From assembly GCF_009914755.1 (NCBI RefSeq), contig NC_060936.1: 64,000 bases of DNA; one strand, given 5' to 3'. This DNA comes from the human T2T-CHM13v2.0 reference genome, Homo sapiens. The notes beneath the pieces were generated by a model, which saw only the letters and a list, made by a program, of their open reading frames with translations, had not been told where the DNA came from and made no database searches. Both the position numbers and the translations under genes were made by a program. The stretch's first letter is position 1; each line of letters begins with the position of its first letter. Of this stretch, positions 63,768 to 64,000 are shown in pieces.

Positions 63768-64000
63768 TTTATATGGAGAGGCAAGTTTATGTGGAGAGGC
63801 AAAAGACCCAGAATAGCCAACATAATATTGAAGGAGAAGAACAAAGCCAACTGACACTACCCAACTTCTTAACATACTATAAAGCTACAATAATCAAGAC
63901 AATGTGGTATTGGCAAAAGAATAGACAAGTTGATCAATGGAACAGAGGAGAAAGCCCAGAAATAGACCTACTTAAATATAGTCAACTGATCTTTGACAGA
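63768..64000 (+). mobile_element. L1M (L1MB/MC-like) ORF2 fragment continuing beyond the window
   Basis: TGGAGAGGCAAAAGACCCAGAATAGCC...TACTATAAAGCTACA...TGGTATTGG...ATCAATGGAACAGA. Confidence 0.8.

Overview
This window is primate (almost certainly human or great ape) genomic DNA: AT-rich, CpG-depleted, intergenic or intronic, and dominated by transposable-element remnants. These include L1s of several ages (L1PA2, L1PA4, L1PA15-like, L1MA2-like, L1MA4-like, L1MC/ME, HAL1), about 16 Alu/FLAM copies or fragments, ERV1/ERVL/MaLR LTRs (including one complete two-LTR MST provirus), MIR, L2 and simple repeats. I found no host protein-coding exon, RNA gene or CRISPR array. The long ORFs in the track are L1, Alu, LTR or microsatellite fragments, or have no recognisable protein family. 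I cannot support a claim of a new biological system here. The most interesting signals are mechanistic fossils. (1) A ~200-bp endonuclease-region segment of an old L1 was copied 3.2 kb downstream into the same element and shares its frameshift. (2) A TSD-flanked, twin-primed L1PA4 joins an inverted ORF1 piece to the 3' end with about 3.9 kb missing. (3) A 30-bp micro-Alu has a 16-bp TSD. (4) A multi-layer nested insertion series spans 39.9-51.5 kb. (5) Two compact motif clusters (E-box/E-box/AP-1, and a triple forkhead site with a perfect hairpin) are enhancer candidates. Subfamily names come from my recall of consensus sequences and need RepeatMasker/Dfam confirmation. Boundaries of old elements are approximate.
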